A stretch of DNA of 59,121 bases, the filler included, from Squatina squatina (lineage: Eukaryota), in the NCBI GenBank assembly GCA_031763465.1. It is 4 parts of 4 records of this genome, joined end to end, with 100 filler letters (N's around TTAATTAATTAA, not from the genome) between each part and the next. Parts side by side here need not be neighbours in the genome. Positions count along the whole stretch, not along the records: positions 32,419 to 46,462 come from JARFOE010000234.1; positions 46,563 to 59,121 come from JARFOE010000013.1; 2 more parts are not named here. One strand, written 5' to 3'. Positions 38,304 through 52,308 of this stretch are shown piece after piece. Within the stretch, counting starts at the first letter, position 1, and every line of letters begins with the position of its first letter. A model generated the notes under the pieces. The model was not told the DNA's origin. It saw only the letters and a list, made by a program, of their open reading frames with translations, and searched no databases. The position numbers and the translations under genes were made by a program.

Positions 38304-40836
38304 CTAGGAGAAAATAACATCAATTAATGCAGAGCACTGTCACGAAAATGAATGCAATGTCGCTTGCAATTTAAAAAAATAAACACCAGTCTCACAAACC
38401 AGTCTGTGGTACAAAGTAATGAACTGTGATTTTGAAACAATGAATCTCAAATACCCAGAAGTCTAGAAACTCCTCAGGTGTAATATATCTAGTATATACT
38501 GTATGCTTAGATTTATTGTATGTTTCCCATGTATACATACACCTAAGAATTGGCACTTATGAAATCTGGATATTGAAATAAAAGCAAAAATGCTGGCAAT
38601 ATACAACAGATGAGCCACATGCTTAAAGATAGGTTGTATATTGCGGATATAACTTCAGTTCTAAAGAGGTGTTGCACCAAAAACATTAACCTTTCATTCT
38701 TTGAGGCATTGAGTGATCTTCTATCTATTTCTGGTATCAAGGTAAGAATTTTAAGTTTAGGCTCCAGATCTGGTAGGTGATGTGGTATCATGTAGGATAG
38801 CAGACATTCACAGTTGTTTTTATTTATTTATCACATCCTGATACGGTAATCTGAAATAACCCTGGTTCATCCCAGATTACACAAGTCAACATTTACTCTG
38901 AAACTGATGATAAATCATCGGAACAATGTAGCACGCACAATCCATAAATCTCATTTCAGTTAGCGTTTGCACACTGCACAGTTAATTTTGTATGGCATTT
39001 TAGAAAATACTGCAAATCTTCCCTTCGTCCCTGTGTTGATGTTGGAAGCATACTGGAAAGCTTGTGTAGATAGTGATTTGATAGTTGTGACAGTTACTTA
39101 ATTTATTTAAATGTCATTTCACAGAACAACCTGCATATGGAACACGGTTTTTGAGAAAACCTTACTGCTTAACTTTCTTCTAACAGTACCTGTTGCTGGT
39201 TACAGATCTGAGCTCCAGGTTTTTTGTAACAAAACAGAGGCAATCCTAAAATCCATTCTATTTTTTTTAAACAGAAATTGAATTAAGCTATCAACCCCTC
39301 CCCTCCCCTGCACAGACACACACACAGACGCCGCTCTGTAAATACAAGTATTCACTGTTCTTCTNNNNNNNNNNNNNNNNNNNNNNNNNNNNNNNNNNNN
39401 NNNNNNNNNNNNNNNNNNNNNNNNNNNNNNNNNNNNNNNNNNNNNNNNNNNNNNNNNNNNNNNNAGGTGGTGTAAACACATTTCTATTTATACAGGGTGT
39501 TCAATGACCATGGGGGCAAATGACAGAACTCCACAACATTTTGTTGTTTGTTTGTGAGTGTTTAGTACAATGACAAGCGCAGAACCAATCGTATCTGTTC
39601 TGAGAAACTGTAACTGAGCGTCGTCTTCAGGCCGCAAAACTTAAGGTTACAATCTGGTGATAGTTCTCAGTGCCTCGAGTGTACGCGTTCATAGAAGGAG
39701 AAACCTCGAACTTGATTCTTGAATTGTTTCCAAAAAGTCATTAAATATTTTGTAAAGATCCCTGTTTTCCAAATTTCATTGGATGCTTATCATTGTATTT
39801 TTGTAATGAGCATTGTAAAGTGGCACTTTCCAACGCTGAAATAAATTATCATATTAAATGTTTCACCAGAGAATTGGACTTGATACTGAATTAACATGTT
39901 ATATCAGTTGTTTTAATAAGAAGAAACAGTGAGGACATCTGATTTCAAATCTGTTTTGGGAATAAGTTTCACCGCAAGTGGCAAAATGGGAATGAAATAA
40001 ATTAAAAAGAGCAGCAATTCTTCCACGGAATATTAAAAACTCAGGGCAAGCTCGATCCCAGACAACATCGAGCGACGCTCCCACGTGGATGCGTTTACTA
40101 CTTGTGGACCTTGCTGATGGATATTGCTTGAAACCGAACAATGCCAGCTTAGTTTTAGTATTGATCAGTACTAATACAGCAAAGAGGAATATTAGTATTT
40201 CACCATCCCGTTGATATTTAAAGAGGAAATATTCAGATTGTTGACTACACTGAATAGAGATATAACCTTCTACCACGTGCTGTTTATTAAATTCTGGCGT
40301 TTTAGTCCGAGTGTTTTTTTAAATCCCCAAATGATGCCAGTGTTTATCATGGGGTGGGGGAAGGCGCTTTTTCTTGATCATTAATAATAACTTAACGTTG
40401 TTTTAAATCACAACCTTTCAGAAACGGTCCTTCAAATGAAGTGTAATTGGGCGCAGCGGCTCTATACAGGTAGCTCGCCGACTTCTACTGAGAAAGCAAC
40501 AGGAAGGCAGCACAGTTACAGCAAGATCTCCACGGGCTACTCACGGGAGTCTGACTGCTTATTCTAAACTACAACAGGGAGTGTGTGGATTGCATTAATA
40601 GTCATATGAGCTTTAGTTCGAGAAGGCACCTTTATTGGCACTTCCAAACATAGTAAATGACAAGCATTTCCTCTTCAGACGGGACAACTGCAAAAACTAG
40701 TCAGCCGACTGCTGGACAGGCAGGCTGTTAGCTAGACAGCGTGACAGACACAGACACAGGCAGGGAGATTCGAAAGACAGACAGGTAAGGTAGATTGACA
40801 GATAGGTAGGAGGGATTGCACCGCACCGTCTCATAC

Positions 40837-41112
40837 CTGTTTCTCCAGGGTCTCCCTGCCCATGGCCGGGGGCTTGGGGGACGGGACCCTCTCACAAGTG
40901 CAGCCTTCGATCAGATAAATCCCCGAGGGTCTGCTACTCTGCTCGTTCTCAAAGTAGAAGAGCACATTCTGGTAAAGGGCGAACCACTTGTCGTGCCACT
41001 TGCTGTTCTCCGCCGTCTTCTTGCTCAGGTAGCCGCGTGTCGAGCCGTCTTTCCGCGCGATCAGAGCTAGATACACAGCGTGCCCCTCATTGTACCTGAC
41101 GCTTTTCTGCAT
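40837..41112 (-). CDS. RASGRF2: RASGRF2 first coding exon (PH1 domain), 276 nt
   Basis: ATG at 41112 in AAAATGC context; [55 protein letters not shown]...EKQ ([11 protein letters not shown] is RASGRF2-type, not RASGRF1-type); GTATGA donor. Confidence 0.96.
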
Positions 41113-41830
41113 TTTCCGTCTGCCGGATCACTAAAGAATTTGTTTTTTGTTTTCTCTTGGGGGAGGGGGGAAGTTTAGGGAGATTTCTGTTTGAAAAAAA
41201 CTATTTATGTTCCAGCATTGTTTCATAGAGCCGCGGAGACCGGTGTTAAAAACCCACTAGCCCAAGTCAGCAAGACAAAAACTTCAGGTGCGAGCGAGCT
41301 GGAAGCTCAGGCATCTCCAGAAAGTGGTCTGTCCAAAAGCAGGGAGCCTGAGCCCAATCCCCGGATTAAGAGCAAAGGGTGAGACATTGCGATCCAGCAC
41401 CGAGCCCCAGGCTGACTGCAGAAACCTGCCATCCACACACACACACACACACAGAGCCGAGCTGAGGCAGGCGGAAAACCATGGGCTTGGCAACAGGAGG
41501 GAGGAGAGGATCACGTGGTAGATCAGCGATAATCGGCTTGGACACCGCTTTGGAGACAGCACCCGGCGTGGCTCAGCCCCCAGCCGAGCCCGGGATCCTG
41601 CTGCCTGTGTCACCGAGGCTGGTGACAGGGACACATGGGGATGGGATCTTGCTGGCGCTCTCGCTGCTGCCGCCTCGCAGGAGGAGATCCTGTGCGATCT
41701 GCACGGTGGAGGGAGGCTCGAGTGTTGTGGCTGGATTTTCAATTGACCCTTTAACTACTTGTTTTGTCGTTGTTCGCTATGCCTCATTCGGGAGTTTGAG
41801 CCGGCACCTCTTCCACTTATATTGTGTGTA
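41113..41830 (-). promoter_or_regulatory. CpG-rich 5'UTR/promoter region of RASGRF2, with a (CA)n tract near 41434-41453
   Basis: Visibly elevated GC and CpG density immediately upstream of the start codon relative to the flanks; TSS not determinable. Confidence 0.6.
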
Positions 41831-44800
41831 TAGATGCATCAAATTATGACAGCCTCTGATCGATATATTATAAGAATAAACGACTGTTTTTGAAACGTAT
41901 TTTACACTTTTGAAGACAGACAGTAAGGGCGTCATCATCGTACTAGTTATCCCGGCCTCACTGATAGATCGCTCTTTTTTACTTTTTAAGTAGTTCGTTT
42001 TTTTCCTGAGAAACTCAAATGAATCAACTAATTTCGAATCAGGCAACTGGTTTAAAGTGGGGTAAAATAGCTTCTTTATTGCCCTTTCGTTTCCCCATTT
42101 TATTTTTTGGTTAAAATCTGTAAAATTCCAAACTCCATTTTTGAGAGAGGGAGCAGTGGATAATCACTCAGCGGAACATACTGTGATAAAAATTCCACAT
42201 CAGTAATGTATTTAACTACCTAACATTGAATATATGCACACGGCTTGTTGTATTCGACGGTGTCGCGGTTATTGCAGCAAACTTCCACTTACTCTATTGG
42301 GCTGACGAACAGGACTGGAAACAGTCGGGACATTAAGCCATCAGGAGGCGCACTTATTCTCACTGTTCCTGGTGAGGGACACTCCCTCCAGCCTGCTTGT
42401 TGACAGCCACAGACTGGAATGGTATGGGTTCTAACTGCCCGGCTATAATCGTGCCACTGGGCTCCTGAAATCCTACAGCATTTAAGTAATAATCTTATAA
42501 TCACATGCTGACAATTCAAAGATGGCGTTACACACCCAAGAGCACACACACCAGAGATTAGATAGCGTAGCCTCTTTCGCCGAGTTCCCTCTTTCTCATC
42601 CACACCGGAGGGTGGCAAAGCGCACAGATAGGGATTAAGTCTTCAGCTGCTGGGCTGGATGGCTGACTTTACTAACTAAGGCACAAGCCTCATCAATGTG
42701 TTTTAAGGTGGCAGGAAGAGACGTCTAGACGGTGATGCAGATTGGGCAGACGGATTCACAGCTCTCATTCCCAGATGGTGCAAAATAAATGAGCCACAGT
42801 TGAGCAGGGGTATGAATCCGTTCAATCTCGTAAAACCAAGTGTCAGACGGAGGAAGCAGAAAGACGATTTCTGCACGGTTAAGAATTAATCAAAAAAGGG
42901 TCCAGCTTTCAACCTGCTGATATTAAATTCTACACAAAAGTCTTAAATCCTGGAACTTGCAAACAGCATTACAAAGGGAAGGTCGGCTGAGGCTGGATAA
43001 GACAGGGAGAAGACATTTTTTATTTAAATAAATTTTTTAAAAAGTTTTCCAACATAAAATCGACCCACTGACTTACACCTCAAGAAGATTGGGCTCCCTG
43101 AGAATATAAACTTCAGTTCCTGCCATGCAGATAAATCTACACCACTGCCAAAATATAGCCNNNNNNNNNNNNNNNNNNNNNNNNNNNNNNNNNNNNNNNN
43201 NNNNNNNNNNNNNNNNNNNNNNNNNNNNNNNNNNNNNNNNNNNNNNNNNNNNNNNNNNNNCCACAGATGCTGCCTGACCTGCTGAGTGTTACCAGCATTT
43301 TGTGTTTTTATTATAGCTGATCTCAGTTGGGGCAGCAGTGTGAATGTTGCAATTCCCTTCAGTGTCCCCATCTAAGGAGGGAATAAACCTGGTCAGGATT
43401 CATATTCCTGCCTGTTACTGAACAAACCGCTGGAATTTGGCGTTTGTGAATATCAGGCAATACCAGGTTTGAGCTTGGCTGCAGTGGCACTCACAGTCAA
43501 ACTCCCCACTGAAGCCTATCATCAGGTGAAGAATGGGCTCCTGAGTGAAACACTAGAGAGCTTCCACTACCAATGTAACCAGGACAAACCTACCCTCGGC
43601 ATCAGTTTATTACTTCAGGAAGTATGGAAAAACAAATAGATACACCATACATGACTATTGTAGAAATAACAGCACAAAGAAAAAAAAATTATAATTTATT
43701 TGGCTTGGTTTACAAAACATTACACTGGTTATGAACAGTTCTTAGCATAATTTTTCAATTTCACACTGAATTACAAATTTTTTTTTTTTGGTGAACACGA
43801 TTTTTTTCCCTGCAATAGTATTTCTCACTGATGGTGAGTTCCATTCCTGACAAAGTACAGAACGAGTTAAACATATGCTTCCCATTAAAAAGCAGCAGGT
43901 TTTCACGTGCCGTCCTTTGCTGGTTCGGCACACTGTATGAACAGCAATAGAGGAAGCAAGATGCTGTAACTTTATTTCAACTAATCATTCTTTTTGAAGA
44001 TTTGCTTAATTCAACTTCACAGCATTCAGAAAAAGGGGTCTACAGTTTCATTTTTTAAAAAAAAGATACAAAATGCAATTACATGGCTCATTGAATCAGC
44101 ATTCAGCACTGAACAGTGTTCTTTATATTGAAGTTCAGGGACTCTTTCCAACATACCATTTATGACAATACCTTTATCCAATATGCTCAATGTTATACAA
44201 AAATGTCAAGATTGCATAATTTAGGACAAGAGACATACATTCAAAGTGTTGAAATTTATGAGTGACATCAGAAAGTTCTTCAGGCACAGACTGAAATGGA
44301 ATGGACTGCCAGGTGAGTAAGTAAAGGCAAAAACCTTGGGAGTCATTTAAGAGGTGATTTGATGCTGTGATGGGGAGCCGGGACTGTTGGTTTTTCCAGA
44401 TGAGCCAAGATGGGCTGAAAGTACTTCCCTATCTATATTTATCTTGCGTTCTAGGATTTACATGTGGAATTTAAACAAGGTGAGTAAGGACTAAGCAGGG
44501 ACAAAGCATCTGAAACATGACAGCCACCTTTACAGACAGTGCAAAACATCCCATCGGCTATGATGCAGGACATCTAGGTTCCTTTACAACCAAACACAAA
44601 AAAGAGTGAGGGATCAGCACCTCATGTAGTTGTATTTATTCAAAGGAAAAAAGGAAAAATTATTCTCTACTTATTCATCATCACCCAGTCCATTAGTTCT
44701 TTCCCTTCATCTATTTTCCAGACTTCAAAGAAAGATTTCATTTTCTTCCTACAAGAAATAATAAAAGGGTGACAGATTGTACATGTGGCATTAAGATTTG

Positions 44801-46310
44801 GCTGTAATTTGTATGACAAACAAAACGGTGTAAAGAAGATTTTCATGTCTAATTATACGTCTTTTTTTGAAGCCATAGTTCAAACCCCAGAACGATGTGG
44901 GAACAAAGTCCTGATTGTCTTAGTAATTACAACTGATAAAANNNNNNNNNNNNNNNNNNNNNNNNNNNNNNNNNNNNNNNNNNNNNNNNNNNNNNNNNNN
45001 NNNNNNNNNNNNNNNNNNNNNNNNNNNNNNNNNNNNNNNNNTTTTATATTAGTTGAATGCATTTTCCACGTGAACATCTAAGAAATTCCGAGAGGCACCA
45101 TGAAAATGGCCATACTACCTGGATAGTTACAGACAATGCGTTTCACACTGAACACTTGCTTCTTGTGGAGTTCAAATTTGAGGTTTAGGAACATGATGGA
45201 CCTTCCTCTCTATTTGGGAAGTGCAAAGTAGTAGAAATAAAACCTGCTACTTCCCTGATTTTTTGTTAACAATAGTGTGGGATAGAAACCAATTTTTAAG
45301 TCACACATCACCATTAGCAGATTCTGTAGCATACCTTGGTAACATGGGAAAGGCTCTTAGAAGTGTACAGCATGCAAAGTGTCTCTCTCACTGAGGGTTT
45401 GATGGTGATTGCTTCTCACTGACTGGTGAAGCAAATCCAACTGGTTCAGCAGACCAATGTCCTTATATAGACATGTGGTGTTGGAGGATGCGGCTGATCC
45501 CTTCTTTCAAGATTAAGAAAACTGGGGCCAGAATGTGACTGCATAAACCAACTGAGAATAAGCTTCTGTTCTTGCTTAGACTGAAAACCTCACAAATATT
45601 GAATACAGAATTTGACCCATGAGTGAAGGGTGTTGAATAATTCATGAGCACCAAAATGAGCATGGTGTGTATGTCCCTTTCATGGAGCAGAATAATTTCT
45701 GTCTTTAAGACTTGTTATTGAGCATTCGGCTTACACAAGTTTTGTTTTTATTGTGAACCTGCATTATTAGCTTTTTGATTTACTGTAGTGTGTGTTTCAT
45801 GGACTGTTGTCTGTGTAGCTGATAATCAGGTAGAAGTTGTTCAACGATCCCAGTGTGCAGGGACCACAGTGAGAGTGTATTCAATTTCTAAAGCGACTGC
45901 TTATTATGATGTGTAACAGTTGTTCATTAGTGAGAGCTGGTAGTGTGCTAGAGTGTCTGCAATAATGATTGATGTAATGTAAAGGTAATGTTTTTTTAGT
46001 AACAGTTAAGTTTGAGGAGCTTTAGTGGTGGAGACCCTTTAGCCTCATTTGGATGGTACAGTTGTACCATTTCATACAAATGGGAGACCCTTGAACAACA
46101 AAAAAGTGCTTTATGATGATCTATATTCCCATACTGGAAATAGAAGTGTATTAAAAAATTTTGTGGATGTAATCTTTAATGCCTTTATTCAAACAGAATA
46201 AAATAACTGAATGAGCCCAATTGCTACATATATCTGAAATACCCTTAAATGTACTGGACACTGGACAATATCAACTAATAGCAGGGTATTCTTTCAAGCT
46301 GTTTGTGTGT

Positions 46311-46462
46311 GTGAACTACAGCGTGTCAGTGTGTGTGTGACCTAAAGCCTGTCAGAGCGAGTGTGACCTACAGCGTGTCAGAGAGAGCGTGACTTACAGC
46401 GTGTCAGTGCGAGTGTGACCTACACCCTGGCAGTGTGAGAATGACCGACAGCTTCTCGGTCT
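46311..46462. repeat. 26-bp minisatellite, about 6 units (GTGACCTACAGCGTGTCAGAGCGAGT-like)
   Basis: Unit starts at 46311, 46337, 46363, 46389, 46415 and 46441; truncated by the linker. Confidence 0.85.
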
Positions 46463-46562
46463 NNNNNNNNNNNNNNNNNNNNNNNNNNNNNNNNNNNNNN
46501 NNNNNNTTAATTAATTAANNNNNNNNNNNNNNNNNNNNNNNNNNNNNNNNNNNNNNNNNNNN
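46463..46562. other. Artificial scaffold-joining linker (44N-TTAATTAATTAA-44N)
   Basis: 12-mer at 46507-46518. Confidence 0.95.
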
Positions 46563-47278
46563 GACCTGCTGAGTTTTTCCAGCAATTTTTGTTTGTATTC
46601 TAGATTCCAGCATCCGCAGTATTTCGCTTTTGTATCACAGTAATCTTTTTGAATTAAGCTTTTTTAACATTTCTTATGATAGTAAAACCAAGCAGATACG
46701 CTTGGTTTTAACAAGCATAAGAAATTTCAAGAGATCCCCAGCAGAAAGCTTTGCAAAAATATGAAAGATCTGTGATGGGGATGGGCTTCGCAGCTTCAGC
46801 GTTGGATCGCAAATGCCGGTTATGCAGGGTTACGATGTACAGCCCCATAACCGGCTTTTGCGATTGTCCCCGGGTGCGTGGGAACATCGCTCCCACCCGG
46901 GGACATCGCAATTTCATGGCCGTTGTCTTTAATAGTTCCCGTCTAGGACATGCAAGGATTTTGGCAGGCTGTGACAAGTGGCTTCATGCCACGTGGCTAG
47001 GAAGTGTGCAGGTGTGGACCACAGATGAGCACAGGATAGGGCTTGGCTCTGATGCCCCCACAATTAAACAACTTGCTGATACGCGCTGTCCAAGTTCAAA
47101 CATGAAAACTGGCCATCTGTGGAAGGTCATTTGTATCCTTAAGGCCCACAGTGAGGAGTCGACACCTTCAGGAGAGGAGATGGGGAAAGAAGGAAAATCA
47201 GCTAAGAAAGGGGGAGGAGGGGAACACACACACACCACACACAGTTTCACTACCATAAAAGTATTTCCTTAATGTTAC

Positions 47279-47471
47279 CATCTTCAAAGGTGTTCTCCAG
47301 GTAGTCAATGATCTGAGTGGATTCGCAGATAATGTTGTCTCCATGAATTAATACAGGCACCTCTCCTGCTGGGTTCAAACGCATAAACCAAGGTTCATTG
47401 TGCTCACTTAATGGTAGGTTAACGTCATACTCCTCACATTTTAGACCTTTTTCTGCAATAACCAAACGAAC
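47279..47471 (-). CDS. GDAP1: Ganglioside-induced differentiation-associated protein 1, exon 2 (GST N-terminal domain), 193 nt
   Basis: TTTCAG acceptor, GTAACA donor; VRLVIAEKGLKCEEYDVNLPLSEHNEPWFMRLNPAGEVPVLIHGDNIICESTQIIDYLENTFED; adjacency to JPH1 favours GDAP1 over GDAP1L1. Confidence 0.93.
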
Positions 47472-47899
47472 CTGAAATGCAGCAAAGAGATATCAATACC
47501 ACCTCACATTTTTAATCCTTTCACATTACGGTATTCATCAAAAGCACTTCCACTGTTTGCTACTGTATCGAGGTGCTTGATTTCTACTTTTATCAATTAA
47601 CTAACTAGCATTCATACCAAGATAAATACAATGTACACTAAGTTACATCTAAAAACACACACGCAAGCAACAAAGTATTCAAAAACAAGCAAGGTAACCA
47701 TTTAAGAATGGTATTGGTAAAACCAAAGGCATCCTATTCCTGCAGCCACTTACATCTTCCAGTCCTGGAGACCATCAAGCTCCCCATCTGCCACCTCAGG
47801 CTAAGTCCAGAGATACAGAACCATAATTGATTTTGAGCAGTGATTCTATCCTCAAAAGGAATTCTTTCCTCATTCTATCCCACTCCCAAGACCCCCATA

Positions 47900-48170
47900 A
47901 ATAGCCCATCTACCCACTGCTGCCCAAACCTTAATCCATGTCTTTTATCAGCTATAGCCTTGCCTCCTCTAATGCTCTTCTGGTCAGCATCGTCATCTCT
48001 ACTCACCAAGTTACAATTTATTCAGAACTCCATGGCTTGTGTCTTCACCCACACATTGCAAGTATCGCATCCTAGCCAAGTTCCACAGGCTCCCAGTGCC
48101 CAAACGAATTGATCTAAAAGGTTCTCAATCTCATTTCAAATCCCTCCTTGACATGGCCCCACCCCATATC
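47900..48170 (+). mobile_element. Decayed L2 LINE fragment
   Basis: Homologous to 9262-9520 (CTGCTGCCCAAACCTTAATCCATG...CTAATGCTCTTCTGG...TTCAGAACTC). Confidence 0.55.
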
Positions 48171-48179
48171 TTTTCTTAT

Positions 48180-48918
48180 TTATTTAATCACGGGATGTGG
48201 GCGGTACTAGCAAGGCCAGCATTTATTACCTGTCCTTAGTTACCCTTCAGAAGGTGATGATGATCCACCTTCTTTAACCGCTGCAGTCCATGTGGTGAAG
48301 ATACTCCTAACAGCGCTATTAGCCAGGATTTTGACCCAGCGTCAATGAAGGAATGGCAATATGTCAAAGTCAGGATGGTGCATGGTATATAGGGGAGCTT
48401 GGGAGGTAGTGGGGTTCCCATGTGCCTGTTGTCCTTCTTCGAGGTGGTAGAGGTCACAGATTTAGGAGGTGCTGCCAAAGAAGCCATGGCGAGTTGCTGC
48501 ATTGCATCTTGTACATGGTACACACTGCAGCCACAGTGCGAAAGAGATGGAGGTAGTGAATATTTAAGGTGGTGGATGGGGTACGATCAAGAAGACAGCT
48601 TTGTCCTGGATAGTGTCGAGTTTCTTGCTTGTTGTTGGGGCATCCAGGCAAGTGGAGAGTACGTGAGTGGTCCAGTTAGTTTCTGGTCAATGGCGACCCC
48701 CAGGATATTGATGGCAGGAGACTTAGTGAAGGTAATGCCATTGAATATCAAGAGAAAGTGGTTAAACTCTCTTGTTGGAGATAGACATTGCCTGGCATGA
48801 TTGTTAATTGCCACTTATACGCCCAAGCCTGAATGTTGCCCAAGTCTTGGTGCATGCAATCACGGACTGCTTCATTATCTGAGGAATTGTGAATGAAACT
48901 GAACACTGTGCAATCATC
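48180..48918 (-). mobile_element. CR1-group LINE, RT C-terminus plus 3' end (degenerate)
   Basis: FNGITFTKSPAINILGVAIDQKL and YSPLAWM motifs; 3' tail shared with copies at 15244 and 32419. Confidence 0.8.
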
Positions 48919-50347
48919 NNNNNNNNNNNNNNNNNNNNNNNNNNNNNNNNNNNNNNNNNNNNNNNNNNNNNNNNNNNNNNNNNNNNNNNNNNNNNNNNNN
49001 NNNNNNNNNNNNNNNNNNTATATTGTTATGGAGCAGGGAGTATCTGGAGTTCAGTTGTGGTTACTCTCTATAAGTGTGTTCCTGTAGTTTGTGACGTTAT
49101 CCAAACGCCTTTTTTACTTTTGGCTTGCCATATCCGTTGTTATATATGTAATTACAGTAAAAATACGATAAAATCATACCAACGCAGGTTAAATTATCAG
49201 CTAAAGTGATGTGTGACAAGCTTCCATTTGTCTCTCCATTTAACCACACGCCTGATTGATATAATCAGATTATACAGTATATCAGTTTCTTTGCAGTTAT
49301 ATTTCGTCCACAATTACTTTTGCTTGGAAAATATCTTCTAAATGCAGGTGAACGAATCTATGTGGGGTCACCTCATCTCCCTGGGCCCCTCCCTGACCAC
49401 GCTTGCCAGTTCCCTGGACAACTGTGTAGGTGTGTGTGTGTGTGTGTGTGAATGCCAGGCTAGTCTCGTTTCCAACCATCCCTACGTGAATCTCTGCACT
49501 CTCACGAACATGGCCCTTCCAATCTTCACCACTGCACAGCCATGACCATATTTATTCTTCCTTCTATTCTGGGAACCTCGTGACGCACTGTTTCTCCAAT
49601 TACGTATTCCCGTTACAGTATTTAACAGCCTTTGAAAAACATCTGGTGTCAGACTCAACCACGATCAAAATCGCAGCAGAGCTTGTGTTTCTAAAAAAAA
49701 TCATACTCGGTGTTTCTTCCTGCCAGTTGCATTCGTTCCTTTGAACCTTGGATCGGGAATATAACATTTTCTATTCAAATTATCAGTAGCAGGGAACCAA
49801 CTTTTAACAAAAGTTCCTAAATTTGTAAAGTTCCGATTGCAAATACGATCAATGGTTAATGAGTATACCTGAGTGTAAATGTTTTCAATATGCTTATCTG
49901 GTACCCTAAACAGGAAATGGGAAATTGTTTCACTGATACAGGAGGAGTTTGAGGCTGACGCACATTGTTGGTGCAGTATGGAGGAAGCTTTATTTTGATT
50001 GCAGTCGTAAGTGACCAGGGAGTGCTTGATGTTGACGCTTGGTATCCACAATGGGAAAGGGTTCCATTCTCTGGCAGTAATATCCTTGACGAGCATTCTT
50101 GCTTAATCTTAACTCTTAAACCACAGTAGTGTTTCAAAGAAGGAGCTTGAATTTAAATAGCGTCTTTCACAGTCTCAGAACATCCCGAAGTAGTTCACAG
50201 CCAATGAAATTTTGCTGAAGTTCCTTTTGTAATTAAGGAAACGTAGCNNNNNNNNNNNNNNNNNNNNNNNNNNNNNNNNNNNNNNNNNNNNNNNNNNNNN
50301 NNNNNNNNNNNNNNNNNNNNNNNNNNNNNNNNNNNNNNNNNNNNNNN

Positions 50348-51020
50348 CTACCTCCCAGCCAGCCTCTCCAGTGCGGTGTCTACCTCCCAGCCAGCCTCTC
50401 CAGTGCGGTGTCTACCTCTCAGCCAGCCTCTCCAGTGTGGTGTCTACCTCCCAGCCAGCCTATCCAGTGCGGTGTCTACCTCCCAGCCAGCCTCTCCAGT
50501 GCAGTGTCTACCTCCCAGTCAGTCTCTCCAGTGTGGTGTCTACCTCCCAGTCAGTCTCTCCAGTGTGGTGTCTAACTCCCAGTCAGTCTCTCCAGTGAGT
50601 TGTCTACTTCCCAGTCAGTCTCTGCAGTGCAGTGTCTACCTCCCAGTCAGGGTCTCCAGCGCGATGTGTACCTCCCAGCCAAACTTTGAAGTGTGGTGTC
50701 TACCTCCCAGCCACTGTCTAAAGTGTGGTGTCTACTTTCCAGTCAGCCTCTCCTGTGCGGTGTCTACCTCCCAGTCAGTCTCTGCAGTGAGTTGTCTACG
50801 TCCCAGTCAGTCCCTGCAGTGCAGTGTCTACCTCCCAGTCAGTGTCTCCAGCGCGATGTGTACCTCCCAGCCAAACTCTGAAGTGTGGTGTCTACCTCCC
50901 AGCCAGCCTCTCCAGTGCTGTGTCTACCTCCCAGCCAGTGCGTCCAGTGCGGTGTCTACTTCCCAGTCAGCCTCTCCAGTGTGGTGTCTACCTCCGAGCC
51001 AGCCTATCTACCTCCCAGAT
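50348..51020. repeat. 32-bp minisatellite, about 21 units (CTACCTCCCAGCCAGCCTCTCCAGTGCGGTGT)
   Basis: Exact 32-bp period (50348, 50380, ...); the left end runs into a gap. Confidence 0.93.
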
Positions 51021-51270
51021 AGTCTCTCTATTACTGTGGCTTTGTCCCAGCCAGTCTGTCTAGTCTGGTCCCCATTACCCAGCTGTAACTACTTGCTTGC
51101 CAACCTCTCTCGCACTGTGGCCTCCTCCAAGCCAATTTCTCACTCTGCCTAATTGTCTGCCAATCTCTCTAATCACAATCTATTGCCTCTGCCATTCTCT
51201 GCAGTCAGTGCCCATCTTATTTGCTAGCTTCTTCTATCAGTATGCCTGCCTCATCTGAAAGTTATTTTAG

Positions 51271-52308
<1,038 letters not shown>

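Noticed and set aside
50348-51020. CRISPR-like array
   Set aside because: Units are head-to-tail with no unique spacers, there are no cas genes, and the context is eukaryotic.
50371-51152. Long S/Q/P/C-rich ORFs (e.g. 258 aa)
   Set aside because: These are translations of the 32-bp minisatellite.
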